Positions 18,980 through 28,668 of a stretch of DNA of 64,000 bases are shown here, piece after piece. Below the pieces are notes generated by a model. It was not told where the DNA came from, ran no database searches, and worked only from the letters and a program-made list of their open reading frames with translations. The position numbers and the translations under genes are program-made. Origin of the DNA: Nitrospirota bacterium (GTDB taxonomy: Bacteria > Nitrospirota > UBA9217); contig CAVWHO010000019.1 in assembly GCA_963754875.1 (NCBI GenBank), positions 32,001-96,000 of the forward strand. The letters are read 5' to 3'. Within the stretch, counting starts at the first letter, position 1; the number at the start of each line of letters is the position of its first letter.

Positions 18980-19204
18980 GGTTGTTTCGTCCCTTCGCCG
19001 CACACCTTGTTTTGACCATCGGATCACCCAACGGGGGACCGGCTTCCCCTCGGCCGAGAGCTTTTTTTCGATTCTCTCCAGCACCTGGGAGGAAGGTGCG
19101 AACCCTCAGAGAGAAAATTTTTTATTGAAGCCGTACCACAGGTTGATGGCCGTTGCGCCGTAGAGAACGGCGAGGACGACAGCTAAGATGAATACAAGCG
19201 TCAT
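18976..19204 (-). CDS. Small membrane-anchored protein with in-frame UGA at codon 33 (candidate selenoprotein); 3' end uncertain
   Basis: GGGGG RBS, ATG at 19204, one TM helix, TGA at 19106-19108, frame stays open afterwards (GFAPSSQVLERIEKKL), SECIS-like hairpin CCAG-GTG-CTGG. Confidence 0.55.
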
Positions 19205-19248
19205 AGTGCCCCCTTTTTTTCCGGATGCCTGTGATGTCAAGGTTCTTT

Positions 19249-20483
19249 TTACTTCGTTACAACCACGATGCCTGACTTGGTAACAATGCATCCCCGCATC
19301 CGGTCCTCTTCGGGGTCGAAGCCGATCTCCATGCCTTCGGGGATGGAGATATTTTCGTCGATGATGGCGTTCCTGATCCGGGCCTTCCTGCCGACGTCCA
19401 CGTTCTCGAAGAGGATTGATCCTTCGACCAGGGCATAGCTGTGCACCCGGCAGGATGGTCCCAGGATGGAGCGACGCACGGTAGCGCCGCTGGTGATGCA
19501 GCCGCCGCAGACGAGGGAGTCGAGGTTCTGGCCGCGCCGGCCCTCGTCGTCGAACACGGTCTTGGCCGGCGGGAGGTTCCCCTGATTGGTCAGGATCGGC
19601 CAGCTGTAGTTATAGAGGTTCAACTGGGGGCTGACGCTGACAAGGTCCATGTTCGCCTCGTAGTAGGAGTCGATCGTGCCCACGTCTTTCCAGTAGCCCC
19701 GCTCGTTCGGTCCCATGCCGGGCACGCAGTTGTCGAAGAAACTATAGGCGAAAACTTTGTCCTCTCTGTTCGAGCATCATCGGGATCACGTGTTTGCCGA
19801 AGTCGAGGTCGTCATGTTTGTGTTTGCCTTTTTTCAGGATCTCGATCAGCTTGCCCGTGGAGAAAATGTAATTTCCCATGGACGCGAAGCAGGTGTTGCG
19901 GCCGGGGACCCGCGGCGGCTGTTTCGGTTTTTCCTCGAACGCGGTCGACCCTCAGGTCCTCATCGACGCAGAGGACGCCGAACCGCTCCGCCTCGGCAGG
20001 CGAGACCTCGAGCGCGGCAATGGTGATGTCCGCCTTGTTCATGCGGTGGTAGGCCATCATCTGGGCAATGTCCATCTTGTAGATATGGTCGCCGCCGAAG
20101 ATCAGGACAAAATCGGCGCCCGACGATTCGATGAACCGGAGGTTGTGATAAATGGCGTCGGCCGTGCCGGTGTACCACTGCTCGCCGATGTGGGTCGTTT
20201 CCGGAGAGATGGTATCGTAGAACTCGCCGAGGCCGACCCACCGGCCCCAGGAGTCCTTGATGTGCTTGTTCAGGGAATATGCATGGTACTGGGTGAGGAT
20301 GTAGGTCTTCCGGATGCCGGAATTGAAGAGGTTGGAGAGGACGAAATCGATGATCTTGTACTTTCCGCCGAAGGGGACCGCGGGCTTGGGCCTGCCGACC
20401 GTGATGGGGCTCAATCGCTCGCCTTTGCCGCCGGCAAGGACCATGGCGATGGTGTTTAGCGTTACGTTGCCGATCGTATACAT
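19249..20483 (-). CDS. glgC: Glucose-1-phosphate adenylyltransferase (frameshifts near 19947 and 19763)
   Basis: LAGGKGERL...KPAVPFGG, GTADAI, GDHIYKMD, ASMGNYIF, DFGKHVIP and YWKDVGT spread over three frames. Confidence 0.93.
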
Positions 20484-20564
20484 GAGGCCCTCCTCGTTTT
20501 TTCAAGTATAGTGTATTTTTTAATGTTCTGCAATGTTTGCAGCCTTCATACGACAAACATTTAA

Positions 20565-20593
20565 TTGACAGTGGTCAGCCGGTGTGTTATTCA
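20565..20593 (+). promoter_or_regulatory. Sigma70-type promoter
   Basis: TTGACA-17 nt-TATTCA with TGTG extension. Confidence 0.45.
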
Positions 20594-20633
20594 TATATCC
20601 TTCCTTGACGCACTCGCTCGTGACGGGAGAACC

Positions 20634-22107
20634 ATGTCCGCACTCATTTCCAAAAAAACTATTATATTCCCGATGCCGTCCGACAACGACCGCCGTGCCC
20701 ATGACCAGCGACTGCAGGAAGCACTCGGCCTCGGGCTGGTCGAGATTCCTCTTTCCGTCATGAAGCGGTTGCCTGCCCTTGTCCTGAGGAATACTCCGTT
20801 TCCGGGCATCATCGGCAGGATCGGGCACCGTCATCGGTTGATCGATATTGACGCCGAGCGTTCCTTCTCTATCGCGCTTGACCTCGGGACCACGAACCTC
20901 GTGGCGCTGTTGTACGATAACGTCGCGAAAAAAGACGTGTGCACGCGCAGTGTGGAGAACCCCCAGATCGCTTTCGGCAGCGATATCCTGACCCGCATGC
21001 ACCACGCCATGTCTGAGCAGTGCCGCCGAAGTGTACCAGTCCCTCACTGACGGCATCAACAACCTCATCACCCTGATCTGCCGGGAGGCCGGGATCGAAC
21101 AACGCGACATCCACGCCATGACCGTTGCCGGAAACACGGTGATGACCCATTTTTTTCTCGGCCTCGATATCAGCACGATTCCCGTTGATCCCTTTGTGCC
21201 TGTGGTGAGGACGCCGGGATTTTTTGCTGCATCGGAGCTGTCGCTCAACATCAATCCTGAGGCGATAGTGTACGTGTTCCCGAATGCGGGGAGCTATGTG
21301 GGCGGTGACATTACGGCAGGCATTGTTGCGTCAGGCATGTCGCAGTCGGACCGGACGTCCATTCTGATCGACGTGGGAACCAATGCCGAAGTCGTGATCG
21401 GAAATAAGGAGTGGATGATCGTGGGCGCGGGGGCAGCAGGTCCTGCGCTCGAAGAGGGGATATGCCGAATCGGGAAGCGGGCCAGGAAAGGCATCGTCTA
21501 CGATATCGAAATCACCGAGGGGAACATCGCTTGCAAGACTTTTGATGAGGGGACACCCGAAGGGATCTGCGGCTCGGGCATGGTGAGCCTGCTCTATGAG
21601 CTCTACCGGGTCGGGATGGTAGACAAGAGCGGCACCCTGGTGGACAGCGAGCATATCACGACCGTTGGCAACGAGAGGGCGTTTTCCATAGATTGCGACT
21701 GCAGCGACGCGTTGTACATTACCCAGGCCGAAATCCAGAACTTTATGAAGTCCAAGGCCGCCATGTTCACGCTGCTTCTCGTGCTGACACGGTCCGTCGG
21801 TATTTCGTTCGGCGATATCAGCAACGTCTATGTCTCGGGGGCATTGGGTACGGGGATCAATCCCGCAAAGGCCGTCGGCATCGGGATGCTGCCTGCGTGG
21901 CCCGCGGAGATCGTGAAACACCTCGGCAATTCTTCCCTGGAAGGCGCCCGCATGGTGCTTGCTGACGCTGAACTGGTGAATACGGTCAATGCCGTTGTGG
22001 AGAGGATCACGTACAAGCATATGCACGACGACCCGGAATTCATGAAAGAGTTCCTCGGCGCCGTTTTCATTCCCCATACCAATCCGGACCTGTTGAAGGT
22101 TTCCTGA
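20634..22107 (+). CDS. ASKHA-domain corrinoid reductive activator (RACo/DUF4445-like), frameshift near 21020
   Basis: ALDLGTTN, NPQIAFGSDILTR, AGNTVMTH, YVGGDI, DVGTNAE, AAGPALE, GICGSG and GNSSLEGA motifs. Confidence 0.88.
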
Positions 22108-22230
22108 ACCGCTTCCTTCATGTTCCCTGCCTGTTGTTTTTTCAGAAGAGCTGTGGTAGTGTGCAGCATTGTCGTACCGAGGCGGGCACGGCAGGCGCTC
22201 CGGTGGATTGCGCGCCAGTACTGAGCATTC

Positions 22231-22884
22231 ATGAAGAAGATAAAAAGGAATACAACCAGCGGCCTTTCACGACGGCAGCACTTTCCTGAGGAGGAAAAGA
22301 AACTTCCCTGGCTCCCTCTTTTGCTCGATGCCTATGCCATTGCCGACACCGGCGTGTCCGTCGCCATACGGGGCGAAGAAAAACGCAGGAGCGTAAAGCT
22401 TGCCTGCGCGAAAGGCTGCGGCAATTGCTGCGTCCACCAGAAAGACCTGCCGTTCTATCCCCATGAGCTCGTCGGCATCTACTGGTATGTGTCGGAGAAA
22501 ATGGCGCCGCCCCTGAGAGATATTCTGCGGGACCGTCTCGACAAACACGCTGCTGGTTCGGCCTGCCCCTTTCTGATCGACAATTCCTGCTCCATTCATC
22601 AAGTCCGGCCGATCGGGTGCAGGCAGTTCAACGTTTTCCAGAAGCCCTGCGTGGAAGGCGAGGACCCGTACTACACGAGGCGCGATGACGTTCTGGTCCC
22701 GATCCCGGATTATATTGACCGCGCTTTTTCCGCGGTCCTTCCTTTCTATAATATAAAGAAAGAAGGCGATCCGGCCAAGGCCGTCAGGATTGTCCGATCG
22801 CAGATCATGAACCTCCAGACCTATGATTGGAAAAAGCTGGTTGTTCTGCTGGACCAGGCAGACACGGGAAAAACAGCCGGCTAA
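22231..22884 (+). CDS. YkgJ-family cysteine-cluster protein
   Basis: CAKGCGNCC...CPFL...CSIHQVRPIGCRQF. Confidence 0.88.
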   Translation: MKKIKRNTTSGLSRRQHFPEEEKKLPWLPLLLDAYAIADTGVSVAIRGEEKRRSVKLACAKGCGNCCVHQKDLPFYPHELVGIYWYVSEKMAPPLRDILRDRLDKHAAGSACPFLIDNSCSIHQVRPIGCRQFNVFQKPCVEGEDPYYTRRDDVLVPIPDYIDRAFSAVLPFYNIKKEGDPAKAVRIVRSQIMNLQTYDWKKLVVLLDQADTGKTAG

Positions 22885-23035
22885 TTTCCAGCGGCAGTGA
22901 CCTGCCGTACTACCTTCCCGAAAGCGGCCGATTCCCCACGTTTATAAGAGCCCACCATTTTCGCGGCCACTTAAACACAGCCATATAATCTATTGTATAA
23001 TTAAAAACATTTTTTTTGTGAAATAAAAAAAATAC

Positions 23036-23064
23036 TTGACATCTCCCGGAAAATGTGTTAAAAG
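23036..23064 (+). promoter_or_regulatory. Sigma70-type promoter with AT-rich UP region
   Basis: A-tract, then TTGACA-17 nt-TAAAAG with TGTG. Confidence 0.45.
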
Positions 23065-23301
23065 CAAGGACAAATACAAACCAATATCCTTCCGGACCGG
23101 GAGATACTGAAAAATCCCGGATGGATGTGCGTCTTCATCAGCGGGTTGTTGCTTCCTCCGATCCACAGACCGATTAGCGTGAAAAATAATTGTCGACAGC
23201 ATCACGATAGTGATTATCAGAACAAACAAAAAAAACGGTCACGATGAGGGTGTCATGGGGCGCCGCTTTTCGGTGATGTCCCGGATCAAGGTGATTGCCA
23301 A

Positions 23302-26166
23302 ATGAAGCGGAAGATTATACTATCTTTGCTCGCAGTTTTTATTATTTCAGCAGTCGGCGCGGCCTTTGCCGTTGTGTATGTCGGAGACACGACCTCAACG
23401 CTCGGCCAGCTTATAGACCTGCACCAGAACGAGGGCATGAGACAACAGTTTATCATATCGATCCAGAGGGTGCAGTCTGATCTCAATTCCACCCCCATGA
23501 ATCTTGACCGCATAACGAACAATGCCAAAGACCTTGAGCAAAGGGCCAAACAATGCTCCGCGTGCCACCATTCACCGGATATAGCAGGACAGATCAAGGG
23601 GCTGCAGTTACGCCTCAGCGACTATCAACAGGCCCTGAACCGGTCGATAAGCGCTTCGGCAAACCCCGGTAAAAGCGGCAAGCTGAAGCGTAAAGCTGAC
23701 GCCATTGGAGACGATCTTCTCGACAGGGCCAAAGCCATGTCCGCACGGGCGAGCGCCAAGCTCGATCTTATGACGAAGCTGGAAATGAGAAAGATCGAGC
23801 GCGTCTGGGCGATCCTCTCGGCGGCGGTCACATTGACTTTTCTCCTGGGAGCCCTAGTTGCCGTTCGCCTGACGAGGTCCATTACCGGTCCCATCAGCAC
23901 ATTGGTCGCCGCCTTGCGGATGATCGCGGCAGGCGACCTCGGTTATACGATAGACTACAAGAACAGGACCGAGTTCGGCGAGCTCGCGAAGCATTTTAAC
24001 ATTATGAGCAGGTCGCTAAAGAACAGCTACCGCAAACTTGAACAGGAAATCAGCGTGCGGGCAGCGACCGAAGCGGTACTCAAGAAATCCGAAGCGTTCT
24101 TAAACACGATTTTCAACAGCATCGATGACCCTTTTTGCATCATCGACCGTGACTATCGGATCGTGCGGGCCAACGAAGCCTATGCGCAGATGCAGGGGAT
24201 GACGCTCGCCGACCTCATCGGCGGAACCTGCCGCGAGGCCTTCCAAGCAAGGGGCAACACCTGTGGTGAGTGCAGCGTGCGGATGACCTTTGCATCTGGA
24301 GATCCCTGCGCCAAGGAAAAAGAAGCGCTCTCTGCTGATGGCGTCAGCACATGGCTGGCGATCTCTACCTACCCGATCTTGGACGGTGCGGGGAACATCT
24401 CCCACGTCATTGAATACACCAGGGACATAACGCAGCGGAAGAGATCCGAACAATCACTGCAGGAAAGTGAAGAACGGTACGCACTTGCAGCGCGCGGCGC
24501 GAACGACGGCCTGTGGGACTGGGACCTGAGGAGCAGTAAAATACATTATTCGCACCGGTGGAAAGCGATGCTGGGTTACGACGAACCGGAGATCAGCGAA
24601 CACCCTCAGGAGTGGTTCAGCCGGGTCAATCCCGATGACCGTGACGAGTTGGAAGCGAAAGTCGCAGCGCACATCCACGGCGGGAACCCGCGCTTTGAAG
24701 CCGAATATCGCATCATGCACCGAGACGGAACGTTCCGCTGGGTGCTGAACCGCGGGCTCGCCGTACGGAACAGCGACGGCCAGGCCTACCGCATGGCGGG
24801 TTCGCAGACTGATGTTACGTCAAGGAAAAAGGCGGAGGAACAACTGGTCCATGACGCTTTCCACGATGCGTTGACGGGGCTGCCGAACCGCGCCCTCTGC
24901 CTGGATCGTCTCCAGCATGCAGTTTTGGCAATGAAACGGCGGCCCCATTCCCTCTATGCCGTTTTGTTCCTCGACATGGATCGTTTCAAGATCGTCAACG
25001 ACAGCCTCGGCCATACCGTTGGGGACCTGTTCCTCATAGCCGTCGGCCGCAAACTCGTCGACTGCGTTCGTCCGGGAGATACGGTCGCGCGTCTGGGCGG
25101 CGACGAGTTTGCGGTCCTGCTGGAGAACATCGGCGACCTGGGCGACGCTATTGATGTTGTTGAACGGATCCGGAGCAAAATGGCGGTCCCGCTCCATATC
25201 AAAGGACACGAAATTTTTACGTCCGTCAGCGTCGGCATTGCGCTGGGATCGGACCGTTATGAACGGCCGGAGCAGGTCCTGCGTGATGCGGATATCGCCA
25301 TGTACCAGGCCAAGGGGAGGGGAAGCGCGCACTACGAGATCTTTGACTCGAAGATGCATGCCAACATCCTCGACCGGCTCCGGCTGGAGTCCGATCTCCA
25401 CGGAGTGCTGGACCGCCGCGAGTTGGTCCTTTTCTATCAACCCATCATCCACTTGAAAACGCAGAGACTGACCGGTTTTGAAGCGCTCGTCCGGTGGAAC
25501 CACCCCACGCGGGGCCTGCTCTATCCCCGGGAGTTCATTCCCTTGGCCGAAGAAAGCGGGCAGATCGCGGCCATTGGGGAATGGATCTTCGGGGAAGCCT
25601 GCCGCGGTCTGATCGCAGTGCAACAGCAGTACCCGATGCAGCCGCCGCTTACCATGAGCATCAATATTTCCGCCAAGCAGTTCGCGCAGCCGGATATGGC
25701 CGATAAGACCGCCATGATCGTGATGGAAGCCGGAGTCGATCCCCGTTCCCTTGTACTCGAGATCACCGAGAGCATGATCATGGAGAACGTTGAATCGGCG
25801 GTAGCGACGATGCATAAGCTCCGGGACATGGGCATTAACATCCATATTGATGATTTTGGGACGGGATATTCTTCGCTCGGTTATTTGCATCGTTTTCCGG
25901 TCAACGCGCTGAAAATTGACCGGTCGTTCATCAATAAACTTACAGCGGACGGCCGCAACAATGAAGTGATCCTTTCGATTATTTCGCTCGCCAGCAGCCT
26001 GAACTTCGAGGTTATTGCGGAGGGCGTGGAAATGGCACACCAGTTACGCAACATCAAGGATTTGCAATGCCAGTACGGGCAAGGGTATTTGTTTGCCCGG
26101 CCCATGGAACCGGGCGAACTCGATGGGTGGCTGAAGGCTGAGAAAGTTCACGCAGGAGTATCCTGA
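23302..26166 (+). CDS. Membrane sensor diguanylate cyclase/phosphodiesterase (periplasmic CxxCH-HAMP-PAS-PAS-GGDEF-EAL)
   Basis: Two TM helices, CSACH, HAMP (EFGELAKHFN), two PAS domains, RPGD I-site plus GGDEF, FEALVR, DDFGTGYSSL. Confidence 0.95.
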   Translation: MKRKIILSLLAVFIISAVGAAFAVVYVGDTTSTLGQLIDLHQNEGMRQQFIISIQRVQSDLNSTPMNLDRITNNAKDLEQRAKQCSACHHSPDIAGQIKGLQLRLSDYQQALNRSISASANPGKSGKLKRKADAIGDDLLDRAKAMSARASAKLDLMTKLEMRKIERVWAILSAAVTLTFLLGALVAVRLTRSITGPISTLVAALRMIAAGDLGYTIDYKNRTEFGELAKHFNIMSRSLKNSYRKLEQEISVRAATEAVLKKSEAFLNTIFNSIDDPFCIIDRDYRIVRANEAYAQMQGMTLADLIGGTCREAFQARGNTCGECSVRMTFASGDPCAKEKEALSADGVSTWLAISTYPILDGAGNISHVIEYTRDITQRKRSEQSLQESEERYALAARGANDGLWDWDLRSSKIHYSHRWKAMLGYDEPEISEHPQEWFSRVNPDDRDELEAKVAAHIHGGNPRFEAEYRIMHRDGTFRWVLNRGLAVRNSDGQAYRMAGSQTDVTSRKKAEEQLVHDAFHDALTGLPNRALCLDRLQHAVLAMKRRPHSLYAVLFLDMDRFKIVNDSLGHTVGDLFLIAVGRKLVDCVRPGDTVARLGGDEFAVLLENIGDLGDAIDVVERIRSKMAVPLHIKGHEIFTSVSVGIALGSDRYERPEQVLRDADIAMYQAKGRGSAHYEIFDSKMHANILDRLRLESDLHGVLDRRELVLFYQPIIHLKTQRLTGFEALVRWNHPTRGLLYPREFIPLAEESGQIAAIGEWIFGEACRGLIAVQQQYPMQPPLTMSINISAKQFAQPDMADKTAMIVMEAGVDPRSLVLEITESMIMENVESAVATMHKLRDMGINIHIDDFGTGYSSLGYLHRFPVNALKIDRSFINKLTADGRNNEVILSIISLASSLNFEVIAEGVEMAHQLRNIKDLQCQYGQGYLFARPMEPGELDGWLKAEKVHAGVS

Positions 26167-26172
26167 AGCGGC

Positions 26173-27219
26173 TCAGGCTTTTTGCATCAGTTTTTTCATT
26201 GCAGTAAGAAAATCCTCTGCACTTTTTTTTGTCCAGTAGATGTTCACGATTTCAGCTCTCTCCCGTACAAATCGCTCGTACCCCTCACGCCGCGCCCTTT
26301 CCAGCGCGGTCCAGTCCTGGTGAAGGGAAAAGTCGGCATATGCCTCTTTTAGCTCCGGGTAGAGTGCTTTTCGGTATCCCTCCATAAGCGCAACCGACAA
26401 CCCGAGAGCGCCGCGGTCGCGGCTTTCGATGATCTTTTTGAAAGGGCCCCGGTCAGACGTATCGGCGATGAGGTCTTTAACTGCGCGCAAATAGTGCTCC
26501 ACTTGCCGGTCTCCCGCCAGGGTGAGGATGTCCTTCCATTCCACGAGCTCTTCCGAGGCTTCGGCGATTTCATGGCAGAGCAGCACTTCGGCATAGCGTT
26601 CGGTCATTTCTTCCAGCCTCTGGTAAAACGTAACGTCGATAAGCTGCCGGTGCTGAAAGCCGTAGTGCGCAAAGGCGTTCTCCAGAGCTGCTCCGCGCCT
26701 GACATTCAACTCCGAATGTTTGTACAGCAGGAGCGTCATGAGCGGTTCGAGCCGCAGAAACACGGTTTTATCCTGGAGCATGGCCGGGGCCGTGAAAAGA
26801 TCGCGCACGTGTTCCGTTCCCGAAGTGAAAGCCGTCAGGCCGGAGATGAGGCGGACAGAGCGCAGTTCCGCAAGAAAGAAGGTGGGCTTCATATACATGC
26901 CGTAGCCGGCGCCGTAGGTGAGGCCCTCCTTATTCAAGGCCTCGTTAATTTTCGCGACATCGAAGGGATGATACGTTCTGCCGCCGATGGTAAGATTTCT
27001 GAACGCCTGCTGCTCCAATTCGGGCCATCGCGATTCCTTCTGTCCTATCCACGAACCGATCGCATCACGCCGGATATCCGCCCAAGGCTTCAGCCCCTTT
27101 TCCGAACGAAAAAGGTCGCGATACCGCATCAGGAGACCGCAGACCGAATAATACCCCCAGAATTGTGCATCGGAAACATCACAGTTGAATTTTATGTCTT
27201 CGAGTAAAGCCTCATTCAT
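26173..27219 (-). CDS. Conserved hypothetical protein (Sfum_1244-like)
   Basis: NCDVSDA...YSVCGLLMRYRDL, YGAGYG..KPTFFL, HEIAE and RAVKDLIAD motifs. Confidence 0.7.
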   Translation of the reverse strand: MNEALLEDIKFNCDVSDAQFWGYYSVCGLLMRYRDLFRSEKGLKPWADIRRDAIGSWIGQKESRWPELEQQAFRNLTIGGRTYHPFDVAKINEALNKEGLTYGAGYGMYMKPTFFLAELRSVRLISGLTAFTSGTEHVRDLFTAPAMLQDKTVFLRLEPLMTLLLYKHSELNVRRGAALENAFAHYGFQHRQLIDVTFYQRLEEMTERYAEVLLCHEIAEASEELVEWKDILTLAGDRQVEHYLRAVKDLIADTSDRGPFKKIIESRDRGALGLSVALMEGYRKALYPELKEAYADFSLHQDWTALERARREGYERFVRERAEIVNIYWTKKSAEDFLTAMKKLMQKA

Positions 27220-27362
27220 ACCGCATTTTACCATTGCAATGGCATGAAGTCCATGTCCGATGAAAGAGCTGCCGAAGCTTGCCTCTGCGCCATGACTCAT
27301 GACCTTGTCCCGGTTTTTCCCCAGACGCAGGAAACACCCCCATTTCCATTCCCAAAAAGTCC

Positions 27363-27391
27363 TTGCAACTGCTGAAAAAATAAACTATAAT
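27363..27391 (+). promoter_or_regulatory. Sigma70 promoter of the pheA operon
   Basis: TTGCAA-17 nt-TATAAT, 33 nt upstream of the ATG. Confidence 0.65.
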
Positions 27392-27424
27392 TCCCAAATC
27401 CCCTTCAGACAGGTTATTACCGCT

Positions 27425-28498
27425 ATGTCAAATAACAAAATACCTGAACTCCGCAAGAAGATCGACGAGATCGATGACAAACTGGTCGATCTCTTGAACG
27501 AGCGCGCCAAGATCGTCATCGAGGTCGGGAACGTAAAAAAGACCGAGAAGCTCGACTTCCATTCTCCATCGCGAGAGAGGGAGATCCTCGAGCGCCTAAC
27601 TGCACGGAACAAAGGGCCGTTCCCGCAGGACACGCTCAAGGCCGTGTATCACGAGATCCTTTCTTCGTCGCTCTCACTGGAACGGCCGATGAAAGTCGCT
27701 TACCTAGGACCGCGCGCCACGTTCACGCACCAGGCCGGTATGCAGCAGTTCGGTTATGCCGCCCAGTATGTGCCGACGGGGAGCATACGGGAAATCTTCG
27801 GCGAAGTGGAGCGCGGGCGCGCCGATTTCGGCGTCGTACCCATTGAAAATTCGACCGAGGGCGTCGTGAACTACACGCTCGATACGTTCATCGATTCGGA
27901 CCTCAAGATCTATGCTGAAATCCTGCTCGAAGTGTCTCAGAACCTCATGAACAAATCAGGCAGGATCGAAGACATCAAAAAAATCTACACCCATCCCCAG
28001 GTCCCGGGACAATGCCGCCTGTGGCTGGAGAAGAACCTGCCCGGGATCCCCATCCTGGATGCGGCCTCCACAGCGCGCGCCGCGGAAATGGCGGCAGGTG
28101 ACTCGTCCCTGGGCGCCATCGCGAGCGAAATGGCGGCCATGCTCTACGGCCTCCAGATGGCGGCCTGCAGGATCGAGGACAATCCCCACAACTTTACCCG
28201 GTTCCTGGTCATTGCGCCGAAATCGCCGGGCAGGACGGGCCGAGACAAAACCTCGATCATGTTCTCGATCAAGGACCGCGTCGGAGCGTTGTACGATATG
28301 CTCGCGCCCTTTGCCGCACACGGCATTAATCTGAACAGGCTCGATGCCCGTCCGTCGGGAAGGAAAGTATGGGATTATGTTTTTTTCCTTGATATGGAAG
28401 GCCACATCGAGGACGAAAAGGTCGCCGCGGCAATCGAACGTCTGCGGCAGGACTGCATGTTTCTGAAAGTGCTCGGGTCCTATCCGCGGTGCGGATAA
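27425..28498 (+). CDS. pheA: Chorismate mutase/prephenate dehydratase
   Basis: CM domain LRKKIDEID; VAYLGP, VPIENSTEG, NFTRF; ACT domain. Confidence 0.96.
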   Translation: MSNNKIPELRKKIDEIDDKLVDLLNERAKIVIEVGNVKKTEKLDFHSPSREREILERLTARNKGPFPQDTLKAVYHEILSSSLSLERPMKVAYLGPRATFTHQAGMQQFGYAAQYVPTGSIREIFGEVERGRADFGVVPIENSTEGVVNYTLDTFIDSDLKIYAEILLEVSQNLMNKSGRIEDIKKIYTHPQVPGQCRLWLEKNLPGIPILDAASTARAAEMAAGDSSLGAIASEMAAMLYGLQMAACRIEDNPHNFTRFLVIAPKSPGRTGRDKTSIMFSIKDRVGALYDMLAPFAAHGINLNRLDARPSGRKVWDYVFFLDMEGHIEDEKVAAAIERLRQDCMFLKVLGSYPRCG

Positions 28499-28652
28499 TT
28501 ATGGAGCAAGCCGACCGTGTGGACCAAGCCATCCGTGATGGCGTGAATCACGGCAACATGGTTGCCTTGGTTCAAACAAACGGCAACACCCTGCACTCGC
28601 GCTAGCGCACTCGTAATCGCCGGGCGCAGGCATGGTTGCCTCGGTCCAAAAA
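28499..28652 (+). mobile_element. MITE-like repeat, compound copy 1 (short empty form at 28520-28576 nested in a filled form)
   Basis: Ends TTATGGAGCAAGCC...CTCGGTCCAAAA; homologous to 39562-39666 and 44204-44311. Confidence 0.7.
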
Positions 28653-28668
28653 GGAGTAAGAAACAATC

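Noticed and set aside
24820..26040. 406-aa minus-strand ORF (likewise 8911..9882, 10169..11080, 41953..42909, 46383..47417)
   Set aside because: Shadow ORFs opposite clearly identifiable genes
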